Assembly: GCA_018238825.1 (NCBI GenBank)
Contig: JABCSP010000002.1
Location: 1 to 34,416 of the forward strand
Length of the DNA: 34,416 nt
From: Candidatus Thorarchaeota archaeon
Lineage (GTDB): Archaea > Asgardarchaeota > Thorarchaeia > Thorarchaeales > Thorarchaeaceae
Direction: 5' to 3'
In this document: positions 31,597 through 34,416 of the stretch, in pieces
Layout of the letters: each line of letters starts with the position of its first letter
Numbering within the stretch: position 1 is the first letter of the stretch
Notes under the pieces: model-generated
What the model saw: the letters and a program-made list of their open reading frames with translations, nothing else
What the model was told of the DNA's origin: nothing
Database searches by the model: none
Made by a program: the position numbers and the translations under genes

Positions 31597-34416
31597 GTCA
31601 CAAGAGCAGAAACATTATCATCCATCGTTTTAATTATCAGATTTCTAGGAGTAACTACACTATCTTCAAGATATTCTGAAGCTGTGAGAATACATACAAC
31701 CTTTGATGATTTACATGTCCTGCAAGCTACATCACTATGTAAATTCAATAAAGTACTCAGCTGCTGCTGATTCGGAAAAATCACATACGAAGTATTGTTT
31801 GCACAGAGATCATAATATCCATGATTACGAGAAACCTTTGAATGATGCTTCTTAAGCTCAATCTCTATAATTTGCGTTGCTGCCTCTTTTAATCTTTTTA
31901 ATATTGATGAGTTAACTATCCACAGACCTTGCTCCATTTCAATGACTTTACTTTCAGCATTAGATCGTAAAGCAATCAATACTTCATCTGCTAAAAGCTC
32001 AGTCAAAGCTCTTCTTCCCTCATCAATAGTTAGAGGAGCTGATCTTCCTTTATGAGATTGGAGCGCAGTAGTTTCAATGAAATCAAGAAGCACTTCCCAC
32101 TTTATTTGACCATTTGATAAATCTACAAAATCTTGAATTAGCCCAAACCATAATCGTATCTGGATGGCTCTGCTTGTTGCAGGACCTATTTCATGCATTG
32201 CACCAATAAGACCCATATCATCATCAACTTCAGCAGCACTCTCATCATGACTATATCTCTGATTCAGATTCTCAATCATTGAATCCAATGAGCTTGGGAA
32301 TGCAGAAACAACACTTACTGCATCAAATTCTTCAAATTTATCTAATAGTTCTCTGAGTTTAGCAGCTGCAACACTTCCCCTGACAACAACAAATAATTCA
32401 CTAATCCCATTTCTGAGCATTTCCATATAATGCCGAATTTTAGTCATGGTAGTTTCCATTGATGAAGCTCTCAAATGCTGAGGTAGAATAACAATAGCTT
32501 TTTCTTCGATAATCATATCGGGCCAATCTGATTGCTTCTTTTTTGTAGTTTTATCCTGTTCTATACCTAATTTATTGGAAATGTATTCTACAATGACCTT
32601 TCGAATGGCTTCTAATCCATTATCAGGAAGTGTAAAGACAAAGCCACCGGGAACCAACGATAGGGCCTCACGTTCAATAGTACCCAACGTGACTAAATCT
32701 CTTATGACTTCTGAAATATCATCTTCCATTACAGTTGGATCAAGTGAAGTCAATAACTCCCGAATCTCTTGTTCTGTTGACATTTCTGCTGAAGCCAAAA
32801 AAGCAACAACGTGATTTCCAAAACGTCCGACTCTATCAAAAACGACAGTCTGTGCCTCTGTTTCAGGAATTTGATTTTCTTTTGGTTGATTTCCCACATC
32901 TTCAATGGAAATTGTATCCTGCCCCAAAACTGGTTCCATCTCAAGAAGCGTTTCATCCTCTAATTCATGCTTTGTTTCTTTTTTATCCAGAATAATTTTG
33001 TCAACAAACGGTTTCGTCGTAATTTCAAAAGTTTCAGAATTAGGAATAGAAACTAAGGCTCGACCACGCTTCATATTCCGTAAGTAAGTTTCTTGTTCTT
33101 CATTTAGAGATAGGAACTTACCTCCAGTTTGATTGTCATAAGGCAGCCGAAATACAATTTTTGTTGCAGTATTTGCAAGAATATTTGATGAGATATTAGG
33201 TCGTGTTGAAACTACAATGACTCCTTGACCTGTAGCACGTTGTAGCAAAACCATTGATTCGCCAGTAGTGACATCAGCAGAGGAGTGTTTGGAATAACTT
33301 TCAGGTACTAAGTTATTTGCTTCTTCAAGAACTACAATATGATGTAAACCTGGAACAATACCCCTTTTCATAGCACCTTCGAAAATTCGTTTAGCAATGA
33401 GATTGTAAAGTATCCGTGCTGAATCCATCCCCCCAATTCTTGCAACATAGCTCAAATCGAGAATAATCCGTTTTTGTAAGAGGCTTGAAATATCGATTGC
33501 TTCGGATCCTCCTCGAAGGATTTCACCAAGTGGTTCTTGAAATAATATCTGAAGACGATTGAGAAGAGCATCCCTAGTCATATGCCCAATACGGTCATTT
33601 GAAGAAATCTCTGTTATCATCTTAGATAATGACTGAACTGAGTTATTCTCTTCAAGAGAATCAGACAGTTTCATCACAGATTCCCTAAGTAATCGCTCCA
33701 TTGCTGGAGATAGTTGTGACGACTCTCCTCCTTTTTCTTTAAGTAATTCTTTCAACATGATGAATGTAGAATATGCAGAACCTTCAGTATTTCCAGTGTT
33801 GGAATCCATAAGATTAATCACAAATGAAGTATCGAGCCCAGGACGTAAGACAGTGATATCACTCGTATTTTGTCCTACTAGTCCTGTATATTCTGACCCT
33901 TTTATGTCAAAAATACACCAAGGTATGTCTGTTTTATCACTAAGTTGAGCAATAAGATGTTTCACTAAAGTTGTTTTTCCTGTACCTGTAGCACCTAAAA
34001 CCGCTACATGTTCTCTAAGCCATTCTACTCTCAATCCAGCACTTGAAAAAGGTCTACCCTCAAAAATAGTATCCCCAACAACAAGATCCTTGCCCAAAGA
34101 TTCATGTGAAGGAATCTGGAATATAGGTGCTGTTTCTGGTCCAATTACTGGTAGATTCCTGACCGGTGTATTGACAAAAGATACAAGTCTACTGACATGT
34201 ATTCTTTGTTTTTTAAGATGGGATTTTGAGAATAATCTAAGAGTAATTCTTCGTGTAATTTTTCTGGTATCTAATCTAAACGAATCATGACCCCCCCATA
34301 TTGAAAGAATCAGTCCTCTAACACCTTCTTCAGTTACAACAATGTCACTAAGCGGGTTTGGTTTTATAACGAAATATACTGTTGAGTCAAACCATCCAAT
34401 ATCATCCTGAATCTCC
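31593..34416 (-). CDS. HerA/FtsK-superfamily (DUF87-like) ATPase with a long C-terminal extension; 5' end beyond the window
   Basis: Walker A LGATGTGKTT, Walker B HHIVVLEEANN and RATGQGVIVVSTRP. The ORF-track model starts at 34097. I translated the same frame without a stop through 34098-34415 (106 more codons, EIQDDIGWFDSTVYFVIKPNPLSD...), so the gene continues past the edge. Confidence 0.8.
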   Translation of the reverse strand, partial: EIQDDIGWFDSTVYFVIKPNPLSDIVVTEEGVRGLILSIWGGHDSFRLDTRKITRRITLRLFSKSHLKKQRIHVSRLVSFVNTPVRNLPVIGPETAPIFQIPSHESLGKDLVVGDTIFEGRPFSSAGLRVEWLREHVAVLGATGTGKTTLVKHLIAQLSDKTDIPWCIFDIKGSEYTGLVGQNTSDITVLRPGLDTSFVINLMDSNTGNTEGSAYSTFIMLKELLKEKGGESSQLSPAMERLLRESVMKLSDSLEENNSVQSLSKMITEISSNDRIGHMTRDALLNRLQILFQEPLGEILRGGSEAIDISSLLQKRIILDLSYVARIGGMDSARILYNLIAKRIFEGAMKRGIVPGLHHIVVLEEANNLVPESYSKHSSADVTTGESMVLLQRATGQGVIVVSTRPNISSNILANTATKIVFRLPYDNQTGGKFLSLNEEQETYLRNMKRGRALVSIPNSETFEITTKPFVDKIILDKKETKHELEDETLLEMEPVLGQDTISIEDVGNQPKENQIPETEAQTVVFDRVGRFGNHVVAFLASAEMSTEQEIRELLTSLDPTVMEDDISEVIRDLVTLGTIEREALSLVPGGFVFTLPDNGLEAIRKVIVEYISNKLGIEQDKTTKKKQSDWPDMIIEEKAIVILPQHLRASSMETTMTKIRHYMEMLRNGISELFVVVRGSVAAAKLRELLDKFEEFDAVSVVSAFPSSLDSMIENLNQRYSHDESAAEVDDDMGLIGAMHEIGPATSRAIQIRLWFGLIQDFVDLSNGQIKWEVLLDFIETTALQSHKGRSAPLTIDEGRRALTELLADEVLIALRSNAESKVIEMEQGLWIVNSSILKRLKEAATQIIEIELKKHHSKVSRNHGYYDLCANNTSYVIFPNQQQLSTLLNLHSDVACRTCKSSKVVCILTASEYLEDSVVTPRNLIIKTMDDNVSALVT

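Overview
Archaeal chromosomal segment with low-to-moderate GC and about 30 credible CDSs. Most are informational or central-metabolism genes. They are gatD (5' part, truncated by the window edge), a GDT1/UPF0016 transporter, a TlyA-like methyltransferase, TFE, aMBF1, PAN, a Trm5/Taw2-type methyltransferase, NAC, A-type ATPase subunit D, ADP-forming acetyl-CoA synthetase alpha, HypF, IorAB, GlmS, uS10 and isopentenyl phosphate kinase. There are also two intron-containing tRNAs. I found no rRNA, CRISPR array or integrase.

The observations most worth a second look:
1. Two ORF-free regions of about 450 bp (21219-21664 and 25427-25887) carry inverted Orc1/Cdc6-type origin recognition box (ORB)-like sequences around A/T-rich DNA. 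No orc1/cdc6 gene lies in the window. They are decorated with a repeated 15-mer GAACACGTGTTCCAA (locus 1) and seven copies of the heptamer ATTCACA (locus 2).
2. An AAA+ ATPase has Orc1/Cdc6- or ExeA-like motif order but no winged helix. It is translationally coupled to a small ribbon-helix-helix protein.
3. A tnpB-only IS200/IS605-type remnant has two ORF-breaking lesions and apparently substituted RuvC residues.
4. An unfused LKR + SDH gene pair is collinear with eukaryotic AASS.
5. A cysteine-desulfurase-like protein lacks the PLP lysine.
6. A HerA/FtsK-like ATPase has a roughly 450-aa C-terminal extension and runs off the window.
7. A family of GTATTACA-type palindromic hairpins is concentrated at gene ends.

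All functional calls come from by-eye motif recognition. No database search was run.
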